Shown here in pieces: positions 18,090-27,330 of a stretch of 64,000 bases of DNA. Source of the DNA: Candidatus Aminicenantes bacterium. GTDB taxonomy: Bacteria; Acidobacteriota; Aminicenantia; Aminicenantales; JAFGBC01. Location of the stretch: contig OY969696.1 of the NCBI GenBank assembly GCA_963702005.1, positions 2,336,001 to 2,400,000 on the forward strand. Reading direction: 5' to 3'. The position numbers and the translations under genes were made by a program. The notes beneath the pieces were generated by a model. That model ran no database searches and was not told the origin of the DNA. It saw only the letters and a program-made list of their open reading frames with translations. Every line of letters starts with the position of its first letter. The stretch's first letter is position 1.

Positions 18090-19121
18090 ATGTATTTTAT
18101 CGGTGTCGACCATCACAAGCAAGCCTCTCAGCTGACGGTTCTGGCCGAAGACGGACGGGAACTGAAGACGGGGCGCGTCTTCAACCTCAGGAGGAATGTC
18201 GAGACCTTCCTCAAGGGGTTTCATCCGTTCACGGCCGTTCTCGAAGCTGGGCGGTCCTCCTATGTGATGGCGGATCTTCTCAGGGAACTGGGCGGCGAGG
18301 TGAAAATGGCGAATGCGCTTCAGGTCAAAGCGATCGCCCATGCCCGGATCAAGACGGACAAGCGGGATTCCCGGACACTGGCCCAGCTTTTACGGGCGGA
18401 CCTGATTCCGGAAATCTATCAACGAGGCGAGGCGAACCGGCAAGCGCAAAGAGTGCTGAGAGCCCGGGCCTATTGGGTTCGGATCCAGACGGAAATCAAG
18501 AACAAGATCCGGGCGCTCTTGGCTCAGCAGAAGGAAGAGATCCGGCTGGAGGTGGACAAGCGAACGGGCGGGCTGTTCAGCGGCCGCGGGATCGAGTTCC
18601 TCAGCCGGCTTCCCTTGGAGGGACCGGACAAGATGGTCTTGGACGATCTTCTGCGGGGACATCAAGAAACCCAAGCTCATATCAAGGCGTCGGATGGAAG
18701 GGTCCAAGCCTTGTATGGAACGATCGAGGAGGCCTCCCGCATCGACAGCATCCCGGGTTTTGCCACGACGCTGGCGGTACTGGTCGCGGTGGAGATCGCG
18801 GATATCCAACGGTTTTCCAGTCCGGCCCATCTGCACTCCTACGCCGGGGTGATTCCTTCGACCTATGCGTCGGGAGAGCGGACATATCATGGGCGGATCA
18901 CCAAACAGGGGAGCGCCTGGCTGAGATGGGCGGCGCTGGAGGCGGTCTATCCGGCGATCAAGAAAGACCTAGGACTTCGAGTCCTCTACAACCGGCTGGC
19001 CAGGCGGAAGGGGCCGAACGCGGCCAAGATCGCGGTGGCGCGGCGGCTCCTGACCATTATCTATCGCATCTTGACCGAGAAAAGAACGTATCTCCCGGAC
19101 ATGAATCGATCGGCTGCCTAG
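18090..19121 (+). CDS. IS110-family DEDD recombinase/transposase
   Basis: IGVDHHK, VLEAG, KTDKRD (DEDD); YAGVIPSTYASG catalytic Ser; AAGGAGG SD. Confidence 0.95.
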   Translation: MYFIGVDHHKQASQLTVLAEDGRELKTGRVFNLRRNVETFLKGFHPFTAVLEAGRSSYVMADLLRELGGEVKMANALQVKAIAHARIKTDKRDSRTLAQLLRADLIPEIYQRGEANRQAQRVLRARAYWVRIQTEIKNKIRALLAQQKEEIRLEVDKRTGGLFSGRGIEFLSRLPLEGPDKMVLDDLLRGHQETQAHIKASDGRVQALYGTIEEASRIDSIPGFATTLAVLVAVEIADIQRFSSPAHLHSYAGVIPSTYASGERTYHGRITKQGSAWLRWAALEAVYPAIKKDLGLRVLYNRLARRKGPNAAKIAVARRLLTIIYRILTEKRTYLPDMNRSAA

Positions 19122-19277
19122 GACGACACTTAACGGACTCGCGAGAGTCGCGTTCTCCATGAGGTTTAGGAGCCGAGACCGGATATTACAGTGCGCTTAG
19201 AGGCGCGGATAGAAGGGTGGTTCAAGAAACCGAGGCAGCCATAAGGAGCGAAGATAAGAAAAAAGACTCTCGGGGCT
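19122..19277 (+). ncRNA. Candidate bridge/seek RNA of the IS1111-type element
   Basis: Structured right non-coding end containing catgag (19158-19163, matches target left side plus core) and atagaagg (19209-19216, matches circle junction); boundaries approximate. Confidence 0.6.
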
Positions 19278-19308
19278 TGCGTTTCGCCATCATAGAAGTA
19301 TCGAGGGG

Positions 19309-19337
19309 TTGACAGGAAATCGCTTCTCGGCTATATC
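19309..19337 (+). promoter_or_regulatory. Sigma70-like promoter
   Basis: TTGACA-17 bp-TATATC upstream of the URO-D family gene. Confidence 0.5.
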
Positions 19338-19356
19338 GAAACGAGAGATCAGGGAC

Positions 19357-20373
19357 ATGGTGACGCCGCGCGACCTCGTCAAGAGGGCGGTCGAATTCGG
19401 CCGGCCGTCCCGGGTCCCCCTCCAGCTCTGGTTCCTGCCTTGGGCTGAGGAGCATTACCCCCGCGAGCTGAAGGCCATCCGCGACGCCTATCCCGACGAC
19501 ATCCTGAGCGCGCCCTGCATCGCGAAGTCCGGCCTCCTGGCCGATCCTCCCCAGCGCTATCGGACGGGCGTCTTCGTAGACGAGTGGGGCTGCATATTCG
19601 AGAACGCCCAGAGCGGCCTGATCGGACAAGTTCACAGGCCGCTGATCGCCGACTGGGGAGACCTGGATAAGCTCCGCACGCCGGTCCAATACCTCGACCT
19701 GGACCGCGGGGCCATTAACGCTTTCTGCCGGGCCGAGGGCCGCTTCGTCCTGGCCGGCGTCTGGCTCCGGCCCTTCGAGCGCCTCCAGTTCCTGCGGACG
19801 ACCGAGACGCTGTACCTGGACTTGGCCGAGCGCCGCCCCGAGCTGTTCGAGCTCCTCCGGCGCGTCCACGCCTTTTACTGCGCCCAGGCCGAGGGTTGGG
19901 GGCGGACCGAGGTAGACGCGCTCTGCATTATGGACGACTGGGGGGCTCAATCCTCTCTCCTGATCGCGCCGTCGCTGTGGCGGGAGATCTTCAAGCCCCT
20001 CTACCGGGACTATATCGCCATCGCCCGGCGCCACCGAAAATACGTTTTCTTCCATTCCGACGGCTACATTCTCGATATCATCCCAGACCTCGTCGAGCTC
20101 GGCGTCCATGCCTTGAACGCCCAAATCTTCTGCATGGGACTCGAGCCGCTGGCCGCGAGGTTCCGGGGGCGGATCACGTTCTGGGGCGAGATCGACCGCC
20201 AACATCTTCTGGCTTTCGCTGCCCCGGGCGAGGTTGCCCGGGCCGTCCGGGAGGTCCATGCCCGTCTCTCCGCCGAGGGCGGCGTCATCGGCCAGTGCGA
20301 ATTCGGGGCCGGCGCCCGCCCCGAAAACGTCGAGGCCGTTTTCAGGACTTGGCGGGAGGTCGGAGAAGCCTGA
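19357..20373 (+). CDS. Uroporphyrinogen decarboxylase / MtaA-CmuA family protein
   Basis: DEWGC, PFERLQFLR, MDDWGAQ, FFHSDG, FWGEIDRQ motifs. Confidence 0.85.
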   Translation: MVTPRDLVKRAVEFGRPSRVPLQLWFLPWAEEHYPRELKAIRDAYPDDILSAPCIAKSGLLADPPQRYRTGVFVDEWGCIFENAQSGLIGQVHRPLIADWGDLDKLRTPVQYLDLDRGAINAFCRAEGRFVLAGVWLRPFERLQFLRTTETLYLDLAERRPELFELLRRVHAFYCAQAEGWGRTEVDALCIMDDWGAQSSLLIAPSLWREIFKPLYRDYIAIARRHRKYVFFHSDGYILDIIPDLVELGVHALNAQIFCMGLEPLAARFRGRITFWGEIDRQHLLAFAAPGEVARAVREVHARLSAEGGVIGQCEFGAGARPENVEAVFRTWREVGEA

Positions 20374-20374
20374 C

Positions 20375-21364
20375 ATGACGCGTTGGCGGAAGACGGTCGG
20401 TCTGAGCCTCGCCATCGCCGCCGCCGCACTTCTCGCGGCTTGCAGGGGCGGAGATGCGCCGCGGCGCGGCAGGCCCGTCATCGCCGTCATTCCGATGGGG
20501 ACGACCCACGAGTTCTGGAAGACCATCCATGCCGGGGCCCTGACCGCCTCCCGCGAGTGCGGCGTCGAGATCATCTGGAAAGGGCCGCTCAAGGAGGATG
20601 ACCGCAACGAGCAGGTCCAGATCGTCGAAACCCTGGCCGCCTCCGGCATCCAGGCCCTGGTCCTGTCGCCGATCGACGACCGGGCTCTCATCCCCCCGGT
20701 CATCGAGGCCGGGCGAGCCGGTGTCCCGACCGTGATCTTCAACTCCGCCCTGCAGGGCGACCTCCAGGTTGCCTACGTCTCGACCGACAATTATCGGGGG
20801 GGCGTCCTGGCCGCCGAACACGTCGGCCGCCTCCTCGCGGGGAAGGGGAACCTGATCCTGGTCCGGGTCAAGGAGGGCGTCGAGGGGTCGACCAAGCGCG
20901 AGGAGGGGTTCCTGGCCGTGATCCGCTCCCGTTTTCCGGGGATCCGCATCCTGTCCGATAACCAGTACGCCGGGACCTCCACCGAAACGGCCTACCAGAC
21001 CTGCGAGAATTTATTGGGCAGGTTTCCCGAGACGGACGCGATCTTCACGCCCAACGAATCGACCACGTTCGGCTGTTTGCGAGCGATCGAGGATTTGGGC
21101 CTGGCCGGCAAGATCATCCACGTCGGCTTCGACTCGTCGGCCAAGCTCGTCGAAGCACTCGGAACGGGCGTCATCGCCGGCCTCATCGTCCAGGACCCGT
21201 TCGCCATGGGCTATCGGAGCGTCCAAATCGCGGCCGCCGTTATCGAGGGCCGGCCCTATGAAAAGACCGTCGACACCGGCGTCTTTCTGGCGACGCCCGA
21301 GAACCGGAACGATCCCGCCATCCGCAGGCTTCTCCTCCCCGACCTGTCCATCCTGGGCGAGTGA
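20375..21364 (+). CDS. Sugar ABC transporter substrate-binding lipoprotein (RbsB-like)
   Basis: Lipobox LAAC; IAVIPMGTTHEFWK, STDNYRGG, VGFD, IVQDPFAMGY. Confidence 0.85.
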   Translation: MTRWRKTVGLSLAIAAAALLAACRGGDAPRRGRPVIAVIPMGTTHEFWKTIHAGALTASRECGVEIIWKGPLKEDDRNEQVQIVETLAASGIQALVLSPIDDRALIPPVIEAGRAGVPTVIFNSALQGDLQVAYVSTDNYRGGVLAAEHVGRLLAGKGNLILVRVKEGVEGSTKREEGFLAVIRSRFPGIRILSDNQYAGTSTETAYQTCENLLGRFPETDAIFTPNESTTFGCLRAIEDLGLAGKIIHVGFDSSAKLVEALGTGVIAGLIVQDPFAMGYRSVQIAAAVIEGRPYEKTVDTGVFLATPENRNDPAIRRLLLPDLSILGE

Positions 21365-21460
21365 GAGGGCGGTCACTCCCCGCTAAATTGACCCCGGCCC
21401 TGTCTTGTGGTAGAACAAAATCCTCCCATGATTCCGATTCCTGTGACGGAGGTCTTGATA

Positions 21461-23575
21461 ATGAAAAAAATTCTTGGACTCAGCCTCATCGTCTTTATCG
21501 TCCTCCTGACCGCATGTCATTCGAGGTCGGCGAAGCCGACTTATCCGGCTACCAAGAAAGTCGATCAGGTCGACGATTATTTCGGGACCAAGGTTGCCGA
21601 TCCCTACCGCTGGCTCGAGGACGACAACGCCGCGGAGGTCAAGGCCTGGGTTCAGGCCGAGAACGCCGTGACGCTCGGCTATTTGGAGAAGATTCCGTTC
21701 CGGGAAAAACTCCGCCGTCGGCTGACCGATGTTTTTAATTATCCCCGCTACTCGTCGCCGCTCAGGGTCGGTGAGTATTATTTCTTCTACAAGAACGACG
21801 GTCTCCAGAACCAGTCCATCATCTACATCCAAAAAGGGCTGGACGGGACGCCCCAGGTTTTCATCGACCCCAACCTCCTGTCCGAGGACGGAACGGTCCG
21901 GGTCGGCCTCATCGGCGCTTCCCATGACGACCGCTACATGGCCGTTTCGCGCTCGGAGGCCGGCTCCGACTGGTCCGAGATCCGGATCATGGAGGTCGCG
22001 ACCAAACAGGAGCTCAGCGACCGGGTCCGCTGGGTCAAGTTCTCGGGCGCGGCTTGGCAGGGCGGCGGATTCTACTACAGCGGTTACGAGGCGCCGGCCC
22101 CCGGCCAGGAGCTGACCGCCCGCAATGAACACCAGAAAATTTTCTACCATAAGCTCGGCGATCCCCAGGATAAGGACACCCTCGTCTTCGAAGACCGGGA
22201 TCACCCGCTCCGTTACCTGGGCGCCGACATCACCGAGGACGAAAAGTTCCTGTTCCTGAACATTTCGGAAGGGACGTCGGGGAACGAGGTTCGCTGGCGC
22301 GACCTCTCCTCCAAGGACGCGGCCTTCAAGGTCCTCGTGCCCGGCTTCGCCAACGACAGCGGGGTCATCGACGCCGTGGGCGACAAGGTCCTTATCTATA
22401 CCAACATCGACGCCCCGAATTATCGGGTCGTCCTGGCCGATCCCAAGAAGCCGGCCAAAGAGAACTGGGCGGCCGTTATCCCCGAAAAGCCCGAGGTCTT
22501 GAGCGGTGCCGCCACGGCCGGCGGCCGCCTCTACTGCACCTACCTTAAGGACGCCAACACGAAGATCTTCGAGCACGACCTGGCCGGCGCGCTCATCCGC
22601 GAGATCGGGCTCCCGGCCCTGGGGACGGCCGGCGGCTTCTACGGGAAAAGGGACGAAAAGGTCCTGTTCTACACTTTCACCTCGTTCACCTTCCCGCCCT
22701 CGATCTACAAATACGACATCGCCTCCGGGACTTCCGCCCTCTTCCGGCGGGCCGAGGTCCAGTTCAATCCCGAGGACTACGAAACCCGACAAGTTTTCTA
22801 TCCGAGCAAGGACGGGACGCGGGTCCCAATGTTCCTCGTCTTCAAGAAGGGCCTCCGCCAGGATGGCCGGAACCCGATCTTCCTGACCGGCTACGGCGGC
22901 TTCAATATCAGCGAACTTCCCTATTTCAGCCCGAGCCGGATCGTCCTCCTCGAGAACGGCTGCGTCTTCGCCACCCCCAACCTCCGGGGCGGCGGCGAGT
23001 ACGGCGAGACCTGGCACAAGGCCGGGATGCTTCTCAATAAACAGAACGTTTTCGACGACTTCATCGCCGCGGCCAAGTACCTCGTACGGGAGAAGTACGG
23101 CTCACCCGACAAGATCGCCATCTCCGGCGGCTCGAACGGAGGCCTCCTGGTCGGGGCGGCCATGACTCAGCGGCCGGACTTGTTTAGGGTCGCGTTGCCT
23201 GCCGTCGGCGTCATGGACATGCTGCGCTTCCACAAATTCACCGTCGGCTGGGGATGGGCCGTCGAGTACGGCTCGAGCGACAGCGAGGAGAACTTCCGGA
23301 ACCTCTATAAATACTCGCCCCTTCACGCCCTCAAGGACGGCGTCTCCTACCCGGCGACGCTGGCGACGACGGCGGACCACGACGACCGGGTCGTTCCCGC
23401 CCATTCGTTCAAGTTCATCGCCGCCCTGCAGGAGAAAAACAAGGGCTCCTATCCCGTCCTGATCAGGATCGAAACCCGCTCCGGCCACGGTTCCTCGAGC
23501 ACCCAAAAGGCCATCGACGAACTGACCGACGAATACTCGTTCATGTTCTATAACCTGGGCGTCAAGGTTCACTGA
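21461..23575 (+). CDS. Prolyl oligopeptidase (S9A) lipoprotein
   Basis: Lipobox LTAC; VADPYRWLED, GGSNGG, DHDDRV, SGHG catalytic motifs. Confidence 0.93.
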   Translation: MKKILGLSLIVFIVLLTACHSRSAKPTYPATKKVDQVDDYFGTKVADPYRWLEDDNAAEVKAWVQAENAVTLGYLEKIPFREKLRRRLTDVFNYPRYSSPLRVGEYYFFYKNDGLQNQSIIYIQKGLDGTPQVFIDPNLLSEDGTVRVGLIGASHDDRYMAVSRSEAGSDWSEIRIMEVATKQELSDRVRWVKFSGAAWQGGGFYYSGYEAPAPGQELTARNEHQKIFYHKLGDPQDKDTLVFEDRDHPLRYLGADITEDEKFLFLNISEGTSGNEVRWRDLSSKDAAFKVLVPGFANDSGVIDAVGDKVLIYTNIDAPNYRVVLADPKKPAKENWAAVIPEKPEVLSGAATAGGRLYCTYLKDANTKIFEHDLAGALIREIGLPALGTAGGFYGKRDEKVLFYTFTSFTFPPSIYKYDIASGTSALFRRAEVQFNPEDYETRQVFYPSKDGTRVPMFLVFKKGLRQDGRNPIFLTGYGGFNISELPYFSPSRIVLLENGCVFATPNLRGGGEYGETWHKAGMLLNKQNVFDDFIAAAKYLVREKYGSPDKIAISGGSNGGLLVGAAMTQRPDLFRVALPAVGVMDMLRFHKFTVGWGWAVEYGSSDSEENFRNLYKYSPLHALKDGVSYPATLATTADHDDRVVPAHSFKFIAALQEKNKGSYPVLIRIETRSGHGSSSTQKAIDELTDEYSFMFYNLGVKVH

Positions 23576-23613
23576 GGAGGCTCGGCAAGGGGCTCGCCGT
23601 GGACGGAGCGGGC

Positions 23614-24474
23614 ATGGATCGGCCGCCGTTAAAAACCGTCGTCGTCACCGGCGCTTCGAGCGGAATCGGCCGCGCGACGGCGCTGGCCCTCGACAGGGCC
23701 GGCTTCCGGGTTTTCGCCGGCGTCCGGACTCGTGAGGCGGCCGAATCCCTGCGCAGGGAAGCGTCCTCCCGGCTGGCCGCGCTCCGGTTGGATGTGACCG
23801 ACGCCGACGAGGTCGCGACGGCGGCCGAGGAAGTCCGCTCGGCCGCGGGGCCGGAGCCGGAGCTGGCGGCCCTGGTCAGCAACGCTGGGATCGTGTCCGC
23901 GGTCGGCCCGCTCGAATTCATCGGGACGGAGGCCGTTCGACTCCAGCTCGAGGTCAACCTCATCGGCCATCTCACGGTCGTGAAAGCGTTCCTTCCCCTG
24001 CTCAGGATGTCCCGGGGACGGATCGTCGTTATCGGTTCCGGCAACGGCCGGATGCCCCTTCCTCTGCTGGGTCCTTACGACGCGGCCGAGCACGCTCTCG
24101 AGGCCGTCTGCGATGTTCTACGCGCGGAGCTCCGGCCCTGGCGGATCCGGGTCAGCCTGATCGAACCGAGCCTAACCCGAACGGCCCTTTGGGAAAAAGG
24201 CGAAAGGGCGACCATCAAACCGGACGACATGGAGCCTCCCGACGTCCGGGACATTTACGCCCGGATGATTGAGAAAGGCTGGGGCTTGATGAGGAGGATG
24301 TACCGGCGCTCGGCGGCTCCGCCCGAGCGGATCGCCGCCGCGGTGCTCAAGGTCCTGAAGAGCCGAAGACCGAAAGCCCGCTATGCCGTCGGTCCCTTCT
24401 CAAGGCTGTTTCGTTTCTTTCCGCTCCTGCCCAAACGGGTCCTGGATTATTTCAACGACATCGTCCTTCGCTGA
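23614..24474 (+). CDS. SDR family oxidoreductase
   Basis: VTGASSGIG, SNAG; catalytic YxxxK reads YDAAE. Confidence 0.85.
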   Translation: MDRPPLKTVVVTGASSGIGRATALALDRAGFRVFAGVRTREAAESLRREASSRLAALRLDVTDADEVATAAEEVRSAAGPEPELAALVSNAGIVSAVGPLEFIGTEAVRLQLEVNLIGHLTVVKAFLPLLRMSRGRIVVIGSGNGRMPLPLLGPYDAAEHALEAVCDVLRAELRPWRIRVSLIEPSLTRTALWEKGERATIKPDDMEPPDVRDIYARMIEKGWGLMRRMYRRSAAPPERIAAAVLKVLKSRRPKARYAVGPFSRLFRFFPLLPKRVLDYFNDIVLR

Positions 24475-24490
24475 GGACCGGTCGCCGCGC

Positions 24491-25570
24491 TCAGGGGAGA
24501 TAACCAAAGTCCCGCAGGAGCGGGCCGCAGATCCGCTCGACGACGTCGTATTCGCCGTAGGCGTTGGTGTGGCCGATGACGCCGATGCCGTCCCGCTTCT
24601 CCGCGAACAGGCTGTTGTCCGGCCGCGGGGGAGGGAGCTCGCAGAATGCCAGAATACCGTCGATTTCCTCGGCGGGGCGGGCCAGGAGGTCTTCGTAGCG
24701 GACTTCGTGCAGGGCGCGCAGCCGGGGCCGGATGGAGCGAAGGAACGCGGCGGCCTCATTCCAGAGGTGGGCCATGGTCCGGATATCGTCCAGTCCGTAG
24801 GTCTCGGCGATGCGGGCGAATCCGGGAAAACGGGGATAGGGAGCGCTCCCGCCTTTGACCGTCATCCGGAATCCGCGTCGCTGGAGATAGTCTCGGAGGA
24901 TCCGCCTGAGCTTGAGCAGGGAGTTGGCGGTCGGCCTGGGATCCCGGATGATGTGGATGAATCGTGCGTCCGGGAAGAGGTCCTGGACGACGAGGACATG
25001 CGGGTAAAGTCCCAGGATTTTGGAGAAAAACCGGGATCCGGAGACTCCAAAATACCAGATGATTTTGCGCAGGATCGTCCGGATCGTTTCGACGTCTTCC
25101 GGGTTCAAGTCCTGATCGCGGATGTCCCGGTAGGCGAGAGACGCGGGATCTATGCGGAATAGGATGTTCCAGAGGGCGGTCGCGTCGCTGGGCGATCCTC
25201 CGGAGACGGTCAGACTGTCGCCCAGGAAACGCTCGGCCTTGAAATCGAGCCGCAGGCGGCGGCGGATATCTTCGATCGCGCAGGGCCAGCGGGGAAAGAG
25301 CTGCATGGTGTTGGTCAGATAGGCAACTCTGTCGTGGGCGCAGATAAGGTCTTGAAGCACGGTCGTTCCCGAGCGGGGGAGGCCGATCAGGAAAATGGGC
25401 CGGTCGATCTCGATCCGGCTTATATCGACCTTGATGACGTGGTCCTCGTACCAACTGAGGAATCGGCCGATCCAGCGGGGGGAAGGAGAGTCGAAAAAAG
25501 GCTGATCGCGGGCCAAGCGGCGCATCAAGATCCGTGAGCGCAAATTCGGATAGCTGACCGATTTGATCAT
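24491..25570 (-). CDS. Sulfotransferase family protein
   Basis: PIFLIGLPRSGTT (5'-PSB), FIHIIRDPR..ANS (3'-PB), VRYEDL. Confidence 0.88.
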   Translation of the reverse strand: MIKSVSYPNLRSRILMRRLARDQPFFDSPSPRWIGRFLSWYEDHVIKVDISRIEIDRPIFLIGLPRSGTTVLQDLICAHDRVAYLTNTMQLFPRWPCAIEDIRRRLRLDFKAERFLGDSLTVSGGSPSDATALWNILFRIDPASLAYRDIRDQDLNPEDVETIRTILRKIIWYFGVSGSRFFSKILGLYPHVLVVQDLFPDARFIHIIRDPRPTANSLLKLRRILRDYLQRRGFRMTVKGGSAPYPRFPGFARIAETYGLDDIRTMAHLWNEAAAFLRSIRPRLRALHEVRYEDLLARPAEEIDGILAFCELPPPRPDNSLFAEKRDGIGVIGHTNAYGEYDVVERICGPLLRDFGYLP

Positions 25571-25623
25571 CGAATTCTCATATTATCAAGCCGCAAGGCC
25601 CGTTGTCCACACTTCATTCGCGA

Positions 25624-27221
25624 CCCTGGATTGCCGATAGGCGGCCCCTGTTCAAGCATAAAGTCTCCTGGTATAAGGAGTTTGAGAGAACTCATGCCCT
25701 CACCCGGTGGGTGAAGGACCTTAACCAGGAGGGTATTTTTATGATAACGCAAGGGATCTTGCCGTTCAAGCTCGAACGGACCGACGAACTCATCACGCCG
25801 AGAAGCGGGCTGGCGCTGTTCGCCGAAGTCGTCCGGACGCTTAAGGTTCGGGACAAGGTAAGATCGTACTTTCCCCGGCCGGGCTCGAACCGGGGCTACG
25901 AGGCTTGGGCCTATATTGAGCCGCTGCTTCTGATGCTGGAGGGCGGCGGGCGGCATGTCGAGGACCTGCGGGAGATCCGGGACGACGCGGCGTTGAGACG
26001 GATCATCGGGCTGCGGCGGATGCCGTCGCTGTCGACGTTCGGGGACTGGCTGGTCAGGATGGGACGGAGAGGGGTTCGGGCAGTCGTCCGGGTTGGGGAG
26101 GAGACGGCGGAGGCGATCGGGAAGCGGATCGCGACGCCGGATGACACGCTGGATATTGACGGGACGGTGATCGAGTCGGAAAAACGGGCGGCGCAGTGGA
26201 CCTATAAGAAGGTCAGGGGGTACCAACCGATCCTGGGCTTCCTGGCGGAGACGGGGGTCTGTGTGAGCCACGAGTTTCGGGAAGGGCATATCCCCGGCCA
26301 CAGCGGCGCGTTGAAGTTCCTGAAGAGGTGTCTGCGGCTGTGTCCCGGGATTAAGCGCCTGCGGTCCGACAGCGCCTTCTACCAGGCGGATGTCATCAAC
26401 TGGTGTCAGGAGCAAGGGATCGGGTATGCGATCACGGCCGACCAAAACGCTGCGATTAAAGAGGTTATCCCGACGGTGCGGGACTGGAAGCCATTGCCGG
26501 GCGAGGCGACGGACCGGGAGGTGGGCACCGCGATCTATGCGTTGACGAAAGGCCGGGAGCCGTTGCGGTTGGTCCTCCAACGCTGGCGCGATCCGCAGCT
26601 GACTTTGTTCGCGCCTCAGGGCTATTGTTATCACATCCTCGCCACCAACCGGGACGAGCTGACGGCCGAAGAGGTCGTCCGCTTCCATAATCAACGCGGC
26701 CAGGCTGAGAACCTGATCAAGGAGGTCAAGATCGGGTTCGGGATGGAGCAGATGACGAGCGGCGACTTCGCCGCCAACGCTCTCTGGTTCGCCCTCGGCC
26801 TCTTGGCTTATAACTTGACCCAGGCCCAGAAGCTCCTCTTTTTGGATCCGGACTGGAAGACGAAAACGATCGCCACGATTCGCTGGCAGCTGATCGAAGT
26901 CGCTGGCCGCCTGGTGCGCCACGGCCGAAGGTTTGTCCTCCGCTTGGCCGTCTCCCGCGAGAAGTTCGCGCTCCTCTTCCGCATGCGCCATCTTATCTCA
27001 GCCTTCACCTAACAGCCTGTTCGGCGAAGCTCCAACGCTTAATTCCCCCGCGCCCCTCGGCTCAGGCGAGGTCCACTTAAAAAAGCCCCCTAGGACCAAC
27101 TCGGAGTCGGACACCCTTCGTCCGATCCGCGCTGCGCTTGCTCATGCCCCTTTCCACTGTCGCGAAGACTCCCCAGGACCCAAAAATATCAAATCAAAAA
27201 ATCTCTAATGGCAATTTTGGG
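25624..27221 (+). mobile_element. IS1380-family insertion sequence, copy 1
   Basis: Imperfect terminal IRs ccctggattgccg / tggcaattttggg; 6-bp direct repeat TCGCGA at 25618-25623 and 27222-27227. Confidence 0.85.
25741..27012 (+). CDS. IS1380-family DDE transposase
   Basis: TLDIDGT, GYQP, LRSDSAFY, HNQRGQAENLIKEVK, AYNL. Confidence 0.93.
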   Translation: MITQGILPFKLERTDELITPRSGLALFAEVVRTLKVRDKVRSYFPRPGSNRGYEAWAYIEPLLLMLEGGGRHVEDLREIRDDAALRRIIGLRRMPSLSTFGDWLVRMGRRGVRAVVRVGEETAEAIGKRIATPDDTLDIDGTVIESEKRAAQWTYKKVRGYQPILGFLAETGVCVSHEFREGHIPGHSGALKFLKRCLRLCPGIKRLRSDSAFYQADVINWCQEQGIGYAITADQNAAIKEVIPTVRDWKPLPGEATDREVGTAIYALTKGREPLRLVLQRWRDPQLTLFAPQGYCYHILATNRDELTAEEVVRFHNQRGQAENLIKEVKIGFGMEQMTSGDFAANALWFALGLLAYNLTQAQKLLFLDPDWKTKTIATIRWQLIEVAGRLVRHGRRFVLRLAVSREKFALLFRMRHLISAFT

Positions 27222-27224
27222 TCG

Positions 27225-27251
27225 CGAATTAAGTCGTGTGTCCCCGGAATT
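27225..27251. repeat. 27-bp inverted repeat, left copy (REP-like)
   Basis: cgaattaagtcgtgtgtccccggaatt; reverse complement of 30298-30324 at 26/27. Confidence 0.8.
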
Positions 27252-27330
27252 GACCGGGGAGAGGGGCTGTGCTATATCTAAGGACGGTCCGACGCCTCCG
27301 CGCCGGTCCTATCGTCCCATGGAGATTTCA

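Larger units (their letters stand above)
18002..19296 (+). mobile_element. IS110-family insertion sequence, IS1111 type
   Basis: Subterminal IRs atgatagcgaaacgca (18009-18024) and tgcgtttcgccatcat (19278-19293), 15/16 match; short left end, long right end; AG core at 18002-18003 and 19297-19298. Confidence 0.85.

Noticed and set aside
17874-19335. tatagccg / cggctata 8-bp inverted repeat as ends of a MITE hosting the IS110
   Set aside because: Only 8 bp, the right copy overlaps a plausible -10 box, and no target duplication is evident
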